From: Prorocentrum cordatum
Lineage: Eukaryota
Length of the DNA: 64,000 bases
Direction: 5' to 3'
Assembly (NCBI GenBank): GCA_963575745.1
Contig: CAUYUJ010000167.1
Location: forward strand, 1-64,000
How positions within the stretch are numbered: position 1 is the stretch's first letter; every line of letters starts with the position of its first letter. A model generated the notes under the pieces. That model saw only the letters and a list, made by a program, of their open reading frames with translations. It was not told the DNA's origin and did no database searches. Below, one piece after another: positions 24,440-37,058 of this stretch. The translations under genes were made by a program, and so were the position numbers.

Positions 24440-26957
24440 GCACCATTGCGGTTTCCATGACAAAGTCCCGTGTATGTCTGCCGCACCTAACCTTCTCTGC
24501 GATTTTGCTACACACCTTGTTGATGGGTGTTCCTACGGCCGAAGAGGCGCCGACACGTGTGATGAATCGTTGATAATCTTCGGGCTGGTAGCACCACGCG
24601 AAACGTGGATTGAGTGGTGTCTGGCGCACTAAGTGCCATAGGAAGTGGTGCTTGTTCACAACAGAATACTTGTATTTCGGGGGAACACCTTTAAACGCCC
24701 TGTCAGACAAGTATTGGTAGCACGTGAGGTAGTTATCCGCCGATGTCCTGAGTTGTGCGCACTCGGCGGGCGATAGAAAGAGCCCGCCCTGCTCGATGGC
24801 GGTATACATCTGGCACAAGCTCTTGAGCTGTAGCACCCTGTTTTTTTTTCTCCGTGGAGCCATCGTTGTACTCCCTGGCCAGCGCCGGGGCCACCCTAGC
24901 GAGAGAACGTGCTTGCGCTGCCTTTACTGACTTCGACAATACTGGGAAGTCGGAGTGGGGGGAGCCTTCGTCAGCAACGAACGTGCCGAACTTGAAATGG
25001 GTGACGCGGTGATCTAAACCGAGTTCGTCGTAGAGTTCCTGGATGCGTGCCCAGAGCCGCTCCACTATAATCGTCCTAACCCCGTGCTCCTCTTCGCAAA
25101 CAATCTCGTAAAACAAGTTGGCGACGCTGTGGCCCGTGATTCCCAGGTCCATGGTGTGCATCACATCAAGCGATAGGGAATGCAGGGAGACCCCCCATAT
25201 ATTGTATATCGGATGGTCCACTACATAGTTTCGCGAGTGGTGCTTCCAATGGTTGGGTGAATCAGCATTGAACTCGTTGAACGGGTTGTCTGCTTTGTTG
25301 CACGGGCACAACCAACAGAACTCGTTGCTATTAGACCCTGGCATCTGCAGGTAGTTCGAGTAAAACTCGAGGTCGCCCAGGATGGCGTATAGAACCACCT
25401 GTTTGCCAACTTGGCCCTCTCTGGATCTAAACGCATGCCGTTCCAGTCCGACCCCCTCGGCACACCAAGGGACACCGTTCGGGGAGGCCCTCCTTCGCTC
25501 CCGCTGGCCCACTCACGCCCCCCTTTCCGACCGTGCCTGCCCTCCGCCCTTGCACGCGGCGCCCTAGCAGCGCGACGCCACCGCGCCGACCGCGCAGCGA
25601 GCCAGGCCGTGCACTGGGCGCCGTAGACACGAGCGGGGGAGAGAGATGAGCAGGATAGAAGGGGTGGCCCAGACAACATGTGACAGTGCACAACACCACG
25701 GTAGCCACGACACGACGACATGGGGTGATTGCGTGCACGGAGCGGCGTAGCCTTCCCAATCTCTCGATGGGTGCTTCCCCGACGCCAACGCATTGAAGGA
25801 CCACCGAAGGATTTTCCATATATGTATGAAGGTGTCGCACCCGTGCTTGTTTTGTTTGGCAAGCGTGCTCAGGGGCCACGAAACCAAGGCCATTGTCAGG
25901 CTCTTTGTGTTACCCTTGGCCAGCAAACTCGCCATGCTGATTGATACCAGCGAGTCTCGGGTAAGGAACTCGGCCCCGTCACCGTGCACCCGCAATGGGA
26001 TGCACGTGGAGGCGCGGTCGCGGACGTCCCATACAGGGTGACCACGTAGTCGTGGCTCGTTCCTGAGACGTGTTTGAGCGGCCGCTTCCTGGATCAAGCG
26101 AAAACGGTTAACGACAGACGTGCGTGTATATGCACGCATGTCGGTAACCGCTGCCGCATATATAACATGATACAAATACATGTATGTATGTATATTTATG
26201 CATAGATGTATGCATTTGCACAATGGTACAAATGCATATGCACACCATGCGTGCACGACCATATACATTGGGGCTGTCGGCGGGTTGGTTAGTTGTAGGT
26301 GGGTTGGGGGCGTTGTAGCTGGGCTGGGTAGGTGGATGGTTGGTTGTGGGTGGGGTTGGGGGCGAACTAGGTTGGTTAGCCATTCGGTGGCACCCTAAAC
26401 TCACGCATTAGACATGTGTACGAATATACATAGACATGCCTGCAAAACTATAAAATGCGCGTCCTGCTGGCATGGTCCCAGAACTCACCCACGCCGGAGG
26501 TCCCGAAGATGTCGTGGAACTCCGAGGGGTAGTTGTGAAACAATGCTGAAAACCATTCGTGCGGTAATAGGACCGAGCACGTCGCGTCCGTCACTGTATT
26601 GGTTTTCGGGTCCAAGCACGGGACCTCGATGTCCAAGGGAAAGGGCAATTTGCTTTTGCCAAGCATGGTGTTGAGCTGCGAGTGGATGTTGCCAGGGTAG
26701 TTGCCCCATTGACCCAGCCCCGCCAGCTTGTTGATTTCTGGATGACGTAGGCCGTCCTTGTACGCTGCATGCGCCACTCTCTGAACTTCTGTTGCGGGCA
26801 GGAGGCCCCGCGTCCATGACCTCAGTAGATGGGTGCCTAGATTCGACCACTCCGACCCTGGGGCTGATGGGGCTGGTGCTGGCACGTCGTCGCTAGAGTC
26901 ACCGTCCGCGGCGCGGCCATGGGGCGCCAGACGACGTGTTTTCCGCGGGGGGGGCAT
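24440..26957 (-). pseudogene. CACTA/EnSpm-like transposase of element 2 (about 3 exons; frameshift at a homopolymer ~24845)
   Basis: ATG at 26957; IPLRVHGDG, ILGDLEF...FCWLC, LDVMHTMDLG, KHHFLWH and AWCYQPED occur in the CMC motif order. Confidence 0.8.
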
Positions 26958-27334
26958 CTTGACCGAGGGGTGTGACGGTGTGACCTCGAGCCACGCTGTC
27001 TGTCGATTGAACGAGTAACGCACGTCGTGGCGACAACAACCCTTGACGACGGACGCTAGACACACAGCAGGGCATGTGATGGCCAGGGTGGAGAGCGAGG
27101 GTGTCTGCGAGAAGACGGGCTGCAGAGGCGCAGGCATTCTGTTGGCCAGCGCGCGCTTGGCTTCATCGCCAGCGAACTCGCTAGCAGCACATGCCTGGCG
27201 CGCTCGCCAGCACAGGCCTGGCCTTCGGGTGGAAGGCCAGGCAGCTCGGGCAGCAACGCGGACCGACCTGGAACGCCAACGCCCAGACTCATCGGATTGA
27301 TCGTCCAAGGTCTCGCGGCCCATGTGGTGACAAT

Positions 27335-27990
27335 CCCACCAGCCTTCTGGGCGTCGGTTGTTAAGAACGTTTCCTCTTCCACCCCTCCTTCCACTTCGGG
27401 GAGGGGTTTACCCCTCCTACCACCCCCTCTCCTGGACCTGGACGGCGGGTTCGCGCGTCGTCGGGGCGTTCAAAACGGCCTCGGCGGGGAAGCCAATGCA
27501 CTTGGTTGTGCTAGGGTGTTTGCCCATGTTGGCCTCTTTAGGAGGGGTGCTGCAATTCCTCTCCCCCTCCCGTGATCGATCTCACCCAAGATGGCCCAAA
27601 TATTACCCCCAGGGCTCCCAAGGGTGCCCCGAGAGGGCCCCAAGAGGTGGCCAGGATGCCCCAGAAGGCTCCCAGGGTCCCCCCACGAGGCCCCCAAGAG
27701 ACAACCAAGAGGCCCCCAAAGACCCCCCAAAGGCACCCACGATGCCTCAAGAAGCTTCGGCGAACATGCCAAAGCATTGAGTTCACTAAGGTGTTCGCCG
27801 CATATTGGACTGATTGGGATGACTCCAAGAGCGCCTGGGGAGCTTAAGATGACCTCCAGGATGGCTCAAGATATCCCACGATGTCTCAGAATGGCTTCCT
27901 CCGCATGCTGCCCACTTCCCTGATCGAGGCAAGTCTTCTGGGCATCGTTTCTGGGTGGGCTGGTTGCGATTCGCGAAGCGTCAACAAGTG
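27335..27990. repeat. Interspersed repeat, ~650-750 bp; second copy at ~37477-38230, related pieces at ~31070-31750 and ~35590-36200
   Basis: CCCACCAGCC.TCTGGGCGTCGGT...GGGCATCGTTTCTGG.TGGGCTGG shared between copies. Confidence 0.8.
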
Positions 27991-28257
27991 CTTTTCGAGC
28001 CCCACGGGGGCCCGCCGCACAGCCGACGTTTCGGATCCGCTTGACCATGATGCGACGTCGGTCTGCACAGCTGTCACAGCGCGAGCAAAAACGTTTGCAG
28101 CACGCCATTGCCATGCTACCCACACGCATCTTCGAGCCACCGTGGCACATGACGCGCCTTGCGATCCTGATTTCTGACACGTGAAACGGGCACCTGCTGA
28201 AATCATTTCTCATGATGGCAATGGCGGGCAGCGCCAGGGCTGCGCGGGGCCAACTAC

Positions 28258-31200
28258 CTAGGACTCCGAAAGCAAGCTGATGCCCGAGGCGGCCACGAAC
28301 GCGGCCTTCGACTGGCTGATGACCTTCTTGGCCTGGGCAGCGTTCACCGTGTCCTCCAGCAGGAGCTCCTCGGTGGCGTCCCCGAGCTTCTTGATGGCAG
28401 ACATCGCCTCTAGACTCAACGCATCATTACCGTTCGTGTTCGATCATCCTCCTCCTCCTCCTCCTGCTCCTGCTCCCCCTCTTCCTCCTCCTCGCCCTCC
28501 TCCTCCTCCGCCTCCTCCTCCTCCTCCTCCTCCCGCCCGCCCGCCGTCCATATTTCCCTCCCTCCCTCCCTCCCTCCTCCTTCCTTCCTCCTGCATACCC
28601 CCCCCCATTCCCCATCCCCATCATCATCAGCATCAGTCTCGTCCTCATCCTCCTCTTCTTCTTCGGGCCGTTGTTTCGCACTGCCCTCCACGAGTCGAGG
28701 TGGGTCGTGAACAACGGCCCCACGACCAATGTGGGCCGCTTTCAGCAACCTCAACACCACCACCGCCTCCTAGTTCACCTCCTGTTCCTCATCCTCCTCA
28801 GCCTCGTCCTCATCCTTTTCATCCTCCCACTCCTTGTCCTTAATCCTCCGATCCCCCCTCCTCCTCCTTCTCGTCATCATCGGCATCCTCCCCGATGTGC
28901 CGCAGTCTCACCACCCTCAACATCCAAATCACCTTCCCCCGACTCATCCTGTTCGTCTGCCCCCAGTGTTGCCATTCCAGTCATCGGCCCCCTTGCCATT
29001 CATACATCATAAGTTCGCCCTCATCCCCAGCTGGCCTTCTTGGCCTGCTCCACGTCCTTGCTGCTGCAGCCGTCGCTCTGCTGGGCGAGCCTGGCGATGT
29101 TGATCAGCGCGCTGCCGCCGTCCTAGGGCGACGAACGAGGGGCGACGAACCACGACGACGACGGCGACGGCCACGACGGACGACGGACGGCGACGACGAC
29201 GCGCCATCGGCCAAGTGCCCTGAATGGGTCCCGATCGAGCAAGCGGTGCATGGTCTGGTCTCTCCTTCGTTCCTCCTCATCGATCTCTTGCTCCGCCCCT
29301 TCTCCGAAGGAGAGGGGAAGGAGGGATGATCCTGATGATGATGATGCTGATGCTGATGGTGCTGCTGCTGCTGCTGCTACTGCTGCTGATGGTGGTGACG
29401 ATGATGATGGTGACATGATGATGATGCTGATGATGATGATGATGATGATGATGATGAGGATGAGGATGAGGATGAGGATGAGGATGAGGATGTGGATGAG
29501 GATGATGATGTGGAGGAGGAGGAGGAGGAGGAGGAGGAGAAGAGGAGTAGAGGAGTTGAGGATGAGGGGGGGAGGATGGGGAGTAAGATGAGGGGAGGCG
29601 GAGGACTATGAGGAGGAGGATGTGGAGGAGGAGGATGAGGCGGAGATCGAGGCGCAGGAGCAGATCCAGGAGAGGAAGCGGGGACCATGACGGGATAGTG
29701 ACATCGGCAGCCGTAGGGCGAGGTGACATGGGACGGCGAGGGGAATGACGTTCAGTCCGGGTCTCCTTCGTCGCTTTGTCAATCTTTTGCAAGAACTCGA
29801 TGGCCTTCGCCTGGAACGTCGCGCTGTCCGCTTTGATGTCGTTGACCGTCTCGCAGCACACCTTGGGCTTCTTGATGTCACGCTTCATCTCCTGCAGCGC
29901 CTTGGGCTGGCGGGCATGTCATGGTCGAGCCTCCCGCTTGGGTGGCCCAACCATATACATACCCTGCCACGCTGTGGCATTTCACAAGTCATCACCGCTC
30001 CAACCTGACGCTCTCAAAGCGGAGCTGGCAGTTGCCAGCTCCGTTTTGGGAGCGCCAGGTTGGAGCGGCCCTTAGCGGGTATAGGCGGCACCCAAGGCGC
30101 AGAATTAGGCGCGTCTACGGGCGTGGATGTTGAGTGGGATGACCAGGCTGGCACATCGATTGGATATTCAGGCGGAGGAGGGCCCCGACCAGGAGGATAG
30201 GGACCAGGACATGTCCGACGACGGGGGGGGGGGGGGCAGGGCGAGGGTTGAGGAGACCGATGTCGGAGGGAGTAGAGCGCGAGCTTCGAGTGGTGGTTGT
30301 TCCATCAGATGCCTTCTTCTTGTTGCCGCGCCCGCGACCCGCCTCTGGCTCGTCATCATCCCTGTCGGCCACGCCAGGCAGGTCGAGGCCCATGTGCGAC
30401 ATGTTGCCTGCGAGCGAATGCACGGTTATAGGGGGCGCGGAAACACGAACAGGAGTGGTATGGGAGCGAGGGTGGAGGGTGCACATCAGGCTGTTTCACG
30501 GGTTCGACCGTGACCAGGCCGAGGGGGGACGTACAGGGATTCGTACAGAATATGGGGGTATGGAACATGTTATTTTCTTTGTTACTCATCTTCCTCCTTT
30601 CCACCGAACCACCGTGCCTCTCCCCCATCGCAATGATCTGCCTACTCGCCCTCATCCTGATGACGATCCTGTTCCTGCCAGGGACCTCCCCTTGCTGCCC
30701 ATGCCGTCTCCTCATCCTTCATGTTCCTCCCCATATCTCTCCAGCGTCGCTTCGACGCCCAAGTGCCGTGGCTCACGAGATCCGTGCACATCTTCATGCC
30801 TGCCATGCCTGCGCCAAGCTCGTCGAAGGCGTCCCTCGAAATGCTCTTTTTGCCAGTGCCGCCCTGCTCTTTGCTGCGAGTGAACCGCTTCTCACCAGCG
30901 TCCTGGATCAGCTGGAATTGCTGGCGCCGCGGGTTGTCTGGGTTCGGGCGAGTCTGGGAGCCAAATCGATACATATAAACGTGGAGTGGTGATAAGGAGG
31001 GGGGTGGAACGAGGGGGGTGGTTCAATCACACCAGCCCTTCAGGGCGTAGGTGGTTTAGGGTGTAGTGTTTTACATGTGCCCCTCTTCACCTTGGGGGGC
31101 ATGTCCCCTGCCCCCTCCCCATGGACCTGGGCGAGGGGTCCCGCCAGGAGTTTGAGCGTCCAAGATGGCCCGAAATGGCTCCAAGACCGCCTCGGAGAGC

Positions 31201-33612
31201 CCAAGATGAGCTCCAATATTGCTCAATGTATCCCGAGCCTCAAGGTGGCCCACACGTTGTTCCAATAGGCCCCACCACTGCTCTACGACGGCTCCAAGTG
31301 GCCAAAGAGCTCACCAAGGAGGGCCCGAAGAGGCAAAACTCGTGTCCAAAAACTAAGGGACACCATTGTGTTGATGTATTGACGTTTCGCTTCGGATGGC
31401 CTTCCGAGGCCTCAAGGCGGCTCCAATATGCCCATTATTGTCCCATGAGGTGTCCGCGGGGGCCTCAACGCGGACCCAAGAGCGTTCGAGGGTGCTCCAA
31501 GATCGCCCCAAGAGGGCATCAATAGGCGACGGTAGGCACTGTATAATGGCGAGGGTGATTCGGAACCCCATTTTTTTAACCGATGCCCCCCAAGGTGCCC
31601 CGAAGAACGCCCCCCCAAGGCACCCGCGAGTGCACCAATTATGCCCCCAAGAGGCGTCCAGGAGGTCCCAAGAGGCGCACGCGCTGCCTAAAAGGGACCC
31701 CACGAGATCCCCAAGAGGCTTCAAGGGGACCGCCGAGGCTAGGCATCAAACCACCAAGTCACAACAGGCATCCGACGAGGCTCATATGTTCGTACGTCGT
31801 TAGTCTCCTCCTCCTCCTCCTCCTCCTCCTCCTCCTCCTCCTCCTCACCCTCCTCCCTCTCATCCTCCCCCTCCTCAGATTCCAGCCCATCCTCCTCCTC
31901 ATGATCCACTTTGTCATTATCCGCCTGCTCCTCCTCCTGCCCCTCCGACTTTCTGATCCCTCCTTCCCCCGCATCGGACGGCGTACCCCGCCTCGTGTCC
32001 TGCGTGCTACCTCACTTCCCTGATCACCTCAACTCATCTTGACATCGTTTCTGGACGGGATGGTGGGGGTACGCGAAGCGTCAGCGGTTGGTAGGGTAGA
32101 TGTCCAATTCTTCCTCCCCTCTCACGTCCACCCAATAGATGGGCGGGTGCCCTGTGCACGTGCGACACCCATCGGAACCTCGATCTTGTCGTTCGCAACC
32201 ATCTCGTCCAGCTCCGAGTCCGAGTACACCTCCAAGGCCCGCTTCCTAGTGCACCACTTCGCCGTCCTGGTGATCGTCTCGCTGAAGCTCAGCCTCTGCG
32301 TGATCTCCATGAACGTGTCGCCCAGCTGCGGGTCCACGAGGAAGCCCATGAGCAGCTTCTGCTTGGAGAGCTGCTTGCCAGTCGACGCCGTCGACGCCTG
32401 GGGCCCACGTGGCTGGGCGAGGGGACATATGAGGCGGAGATGGACGAGGGCGGGCGAGAGGATGAGTGCATGAGGCTAGGGAGGGTGGTCACACGGTGCC
32501 GTATCTGGGGCAGGTTTTATGGTTGAGCGCGTGGCCTCGACGCATGAGCATGAGGCAGGGAGGGAGGGGGGCAGAAGAAGGAGGAACAGGAGGAGGAAGG
32601 GAGGGAGGGGAGGAAGAGGAGACGGATGAGGCGGAGGATGAGGAGGAGCAGGACCAGGACGAGTAGGATGAGGATGAGGATGGGGATGCGGACGGGGAGG
32701 AAGGGGGAAGGGGATGATGATGATGATGATGAGGAGGAGGAGGACGATGATGATGATGAGGAGGAGGAGGGGGAGGAGGAGGAGGAGGAGGAGGAGGAGG
32801 ATGGGGATGATGAGGCCGAGGGAGGGGATGGTGGTGAGGAGGATGAGGACGTAGTCGCATATGGAAGGTTTCCCCCGCGAGCCTCCTCGTAGGCCGCCGC
32901 AGCCTTGGGCTTCTTCTTCCTGGCGGTCTCGAACCGTCCATGCAGCGCCCTCGCCAGGGGCCATTGGCGATGCGGGCGCGTCGGGGGCGAGGCGTTCGCG
33001 GGCGGGGGCAACGTGACCACGTGACCGATGCCGCCGCCCACGAGCGCGTCGCCCCCGCGTCTCTCCATCGCTGCAGGCCCCTGTTTGAATCAAGATCGGC
33101 CTGATCTCCTTGTCCGTAAAGATGCACTTGAGGTGCGCGGGGTCGCTGACGTCGGCGTGGGCCTTGAAGAGGTCCTGCTTCTCCTCGATGGACGCGCAGG
33201 CCGCGGCCGCAGACGCGAGCTGCTCGCAGGACCACCTCCGAGCGGAGGTGGCGGGATCTACTCCCTTGCCTTCCCCACCCAGTAGATTGCTCCCTCCCAC
33301 TCGTTTCCCGCCTCCACTCTCGCCAATATAGATGCACAATGCTCAGTCACACTGCCCAAGGGAAATGCGCGGGAGGGAGCAGGACACGCATGAGGGATTC
33401 CAGATGAGGAGATAACATGTATTAATGAAGTGGAAGGCGCAGTAGAAAGGGGGGGAGCGGCCAGGGAGGTGGAGTTCAAGCTCCGCCCACGTCGCTCCAT
33501 CACCCGCGCTGGCGGGCTTCTTGATCACCGTGGCCCCCGCCTTGGGCTTCCCGCGGACAGCGGGGGCCTTCGCCGCAGCCTTGACCTTCGTCTTCTTCAT
33601 CACCTGGACCAT
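28258..33612 (-). CDS. Multi-exon Lys-rich accessory gene Y of element 2, possibly decayed
   Basis: Protein-like GC3-rich exons at ~33612-33480, 33260-32880, 32400-32175, 30960-30775, 30370-30250, 29905-29760 and 28415-28258, separated by low-complexity introns; boundaries approximate. Confidence 0.6.
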
Positions 33613-33805
33613 CGAGCCAGGCAGGCTCCTTGGACGCGTGGGCGTCGGGTGCGGGCTCGACTCTGCGAACCTGGAGCAGCTCGAGCCTCGCGCCTCTCGT
33701 GAGAGTCCGAACGATCTGTCCAGTCTGGCACCGCACGGGCCAGCCTCCGAGAACCACGTGTGCAGTCGAGCAACGTAGTTTCATGTGAGCGCGTGCGTGC
33801 GCGGT

Positions 33806-33808
<3 letters not shown>

Positions 33809-33894
<86 letters not shown>
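33809..33894. repeat. Poly(T), ~86 bp
   Basis: Homopolymer run. Confidence 0.95.
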
Positions 33895-33985
33895 CTCCAT
33901 TTGTTTTTTTTGCTTGTGCGTGTGTGCGCGCATCGTGTGTTTTACTGATGTGACTGCACGATTGGTTCTCGGCTGCATCACGTCG

Positions 33986-34166
33986 GTCTGACGCCAATCT
34001 GACGTCAGTCTGACGTCATATGATCGATCTGACAAATGTCTGACGTCAGTCTGACGTCATACGATATGTCTGACGTTCGTCTGACGTCAGATGTTTGTCA
34101 GATGGATCACCTGACGTCGGACTGACGTCAGACTGACGTCAGACCGACGTCAGATTGGCGTCAGAC
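33986..34166. repeat. 181-bp hairpin built from TGACGTCA motifs
   Basis: Ends GTCTGACGCCAATCTGACGTC and GACGTCAGATTGGCGTCAGAC are reverse complements. Confidence 0.88.
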
Positions 34167-37058
34167 TGTTGATATACGTTTACATTGCGTTTGTTTCTGT
34201 ACCTGATCATCGACCGTGCGATGGGGGTGCGGTCACACTGCAAACGAGGACGGGCTGCATATCGGCAGGAGCGAGGGATGCCCGCCGAGGAGGGAAGACT
34301 GCACGACGGGCAGGGACTGTTGAGCGACGGGGGAGGGAGGATCGACGGGGAGGGAGATAAAACCATATAGCTAGATACCATACCACATGAACGGACATGG
34401 CCAACCGAGAGCGAGGGAGACACGATGAGAGTGGCATGGAGTATGGGGGGGGGGGGGATGCGGGGAGAGAACGGAACGATATAACGTGATGAAAGAAGTG
34501 GAGGACATACATGGAGTAGAGGGAAGCGTGAGCGATGAGAGGGGGATACGTGGGACTCGACGATATCATCCCTCGTCCATCGCCCTTCCACCCGTCCTCC
34601 ACCATCCCCCCTCCATCCTTACATTCTCAGTCCTTCCATTCTCAGTCCTTCCCCTCTCTGGCATCCCCCATCCGTCTCCCTCCGTTCTGCGTGCCTCATA
34701 TGATGTCTTGCGCACCTACTCCATCCTCCTTGTATCCACCCCCGTGCGCTCGCACATCCGGCCCCTGTCGCTCTCGATCCCTCCATGCCCGCCCCCCCTC
34801 TCCCCTCAATGACCACCCCCCATCTCGCCTCCACCCTTCCTCTATGACTACTCCGTCTAGCTATCCGTTCCCCATCCACACGCCAGCCATCGGCCATTCT
34901 CTCTCCACCCTACTGTCCCATCTTCCGCCCGCGCCTCCACCTTGCATCGCCAACATCCTCCATCGGCATTTCTCCTGTTCCTCACCCTCTTCCTCCTCTA
35001 GCGCCCCCCTCTTCACCCTCCTCATCCGCGCACCCACCCTCATCGCTCGGCACGATCGGCGGCCTGGAAGCAAGGGGCCGCTCGACGTGGGAATGAGACG
35101 GCGAGGAGGAGGACGAGGGGGGCGTGGCGGCCGAGCCGCAACCGCACCTTCAGACAGGATCCTCCTTCATCCTCACCCCCATGCTCCCCATCATCTTCCT
35201 CATCCTCCTCCTCCTCCTCCTCCTCCTCATCCCCCTCCTCCTCCCCTCATCCTCCACCTCCGCGTACTCCCCCTCCCCCTCCGCTGACCGCCACGTCAGT
35301 TAGCGACATCTAGCGTAAACGGGTGGGGTGGGGGTCGGGGAGGGTCGAGAATTGTTCGTGACCCCACATACACGCCTACACATCACGCGTGGGATGTCGA
35401 AGCTCTGTTCGGTCACTACCAACTTGACCAGTCGTATACACTACCATGTGAATCCCAACAGCCCTTTATGGCGTGCGTGTGTGATCCAGCGTGTCGCGTC
35501 GTCAGTCTGCCCCTGTTCCCCTTCGGGGAGGGGTGTGTTCCCCCCCCATGCCCATCCCGTGGACGTGCATGGTGGGCAGGGGGGAGGGGTTGGAGCGTAC
35601 AATCGGGCACAATATGGCTCCGAGAGCACCTCGCAGAGCCCAAGATGAGCCCAAATATGACTCACGATACCCCACGGTGGCCAAGATGGCCCCCACGATG
35701 GTACAACATAAGCTCCAATACAGCCCCAAGGCGGCTCCAACTGGCCAACGAGCTCCCCAATGAGGCCGTGAATAGGCAAGCACGTTTCCAACACCTAGGG
35801 GGAAACAACGTGTGCGACTATCTCGCATAGTCGCTTCCGACGGCCCTCCGAGGCCTCACGATGGCCCCGCGAGGGCTCACGCGGGCCCCAGAGAGGCCCA
35901 CGTCAGCCCCAAGGGCGTCCACGTGTGCTTCAAGAACTCACCAAGAATGGCCCAAGAGGCGATGCTCGGCACCCTAGAACGGCGAGGGTAAGCATGGATC
36001 TCGTGTTTGATCGATGCCCTCCAAGATGGCCCGACGAGCGTCCCATGGCACCCACGCGTGTCCCAAGAGGGCCCCAATAGTTGTCCAGACGGCCCCACGA
36101 GGCGCCCAAGCTGCCTCGAAGACGCCCCCAAGGGGTCACCACGAGGCTGCAATAGGCCACCCCAGGCACCCGAGATGTCCCCCCCCATCCCCCAAATTTT
36201 CCCAGAGGCGCCCATAAACACGTACAAGACATGCCCGATGATGTTCTTAGGTTTGGCACTTTTTCCCGATTCCCCCCTCCTTTTTCTGCATAGTATGTAT
36301 CGTGTTCTTCCTCCTCCCTTTCCTCCTCCTCATCCCCCCTCCTACTCTTCATCCCCCCTCCTTATCCGCTCCATCTTTCTCACCTTCCTCCTGTTCCTCC
36401 GCCTCCTCCTCCTCATCATTATCATTCCTCCTCCCCCTCCCCTCGCCTCGGACGGTTCACCCCCGCCTGTTGTTCTTATGCACGGCCCCCTTACTTGATC
36501 ACCCTAACTCTCCTGGGCATCGTTTCTGGATGGGCTGGTGGTGATGCGCGTGGCGTCAGCTATTAACATGCCGATAACCACGCTTGTTATCGACTCAACC
36601 AGCACCTACACCCGTGGTTAGGGCGAGGTATCCATCCGCGAAGCCTTGAGACACTCTAGGACGGGGGTGTGACCATGAGGAGGAGGTGAAGATGTTCGAG
36701 GGTCGGGCGACCAGTGGGAGCTCAGCGCACGGACCACTGGAAGCTCCGTTCAACTGCGTTCGAAACTCAACGCGCGGCGAGCATTGGAAGCGCAGCACAT
36801 ACCCCGACAGTGTCGGGCTTCCTGTCCCTGCGCGCGATGCGCGGCGGCAGCAGGCGCTCCCTGGCCTGCTGCGAATACCGTGTGGTCTCCGCCTCCTCCC
36901 CGATCCCCTCTTCGACCCCCCCTCCTGTGAGAATCGCAGCGCGCATCTCAACGCTGGCGTGTCGCGTGCCGAGGGTGTTCGGCATCCTCCTCTCCCTCAT
37001 CGTCCTTGTCCTCCTCTTCCTCCTGGTCAGTATTGCCGTCCCTCTCGGCACGCGTGTG

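Noticed and set aside
33480..33612. DVNP or histone-like gene (MVQVMKKTKVKAAAK)
   Set aside because: Only the Lys/Ala-rich N-terminus is similar; the DVNP core (VFRG...GGL...KNK.G..VSKK) is absent.
33809..33894. Poly(A) tail of a retrocopy
   Set aside because: No adjacent processed gene or TSD is recognisable, and homopolymer length may be an assembly artefact.
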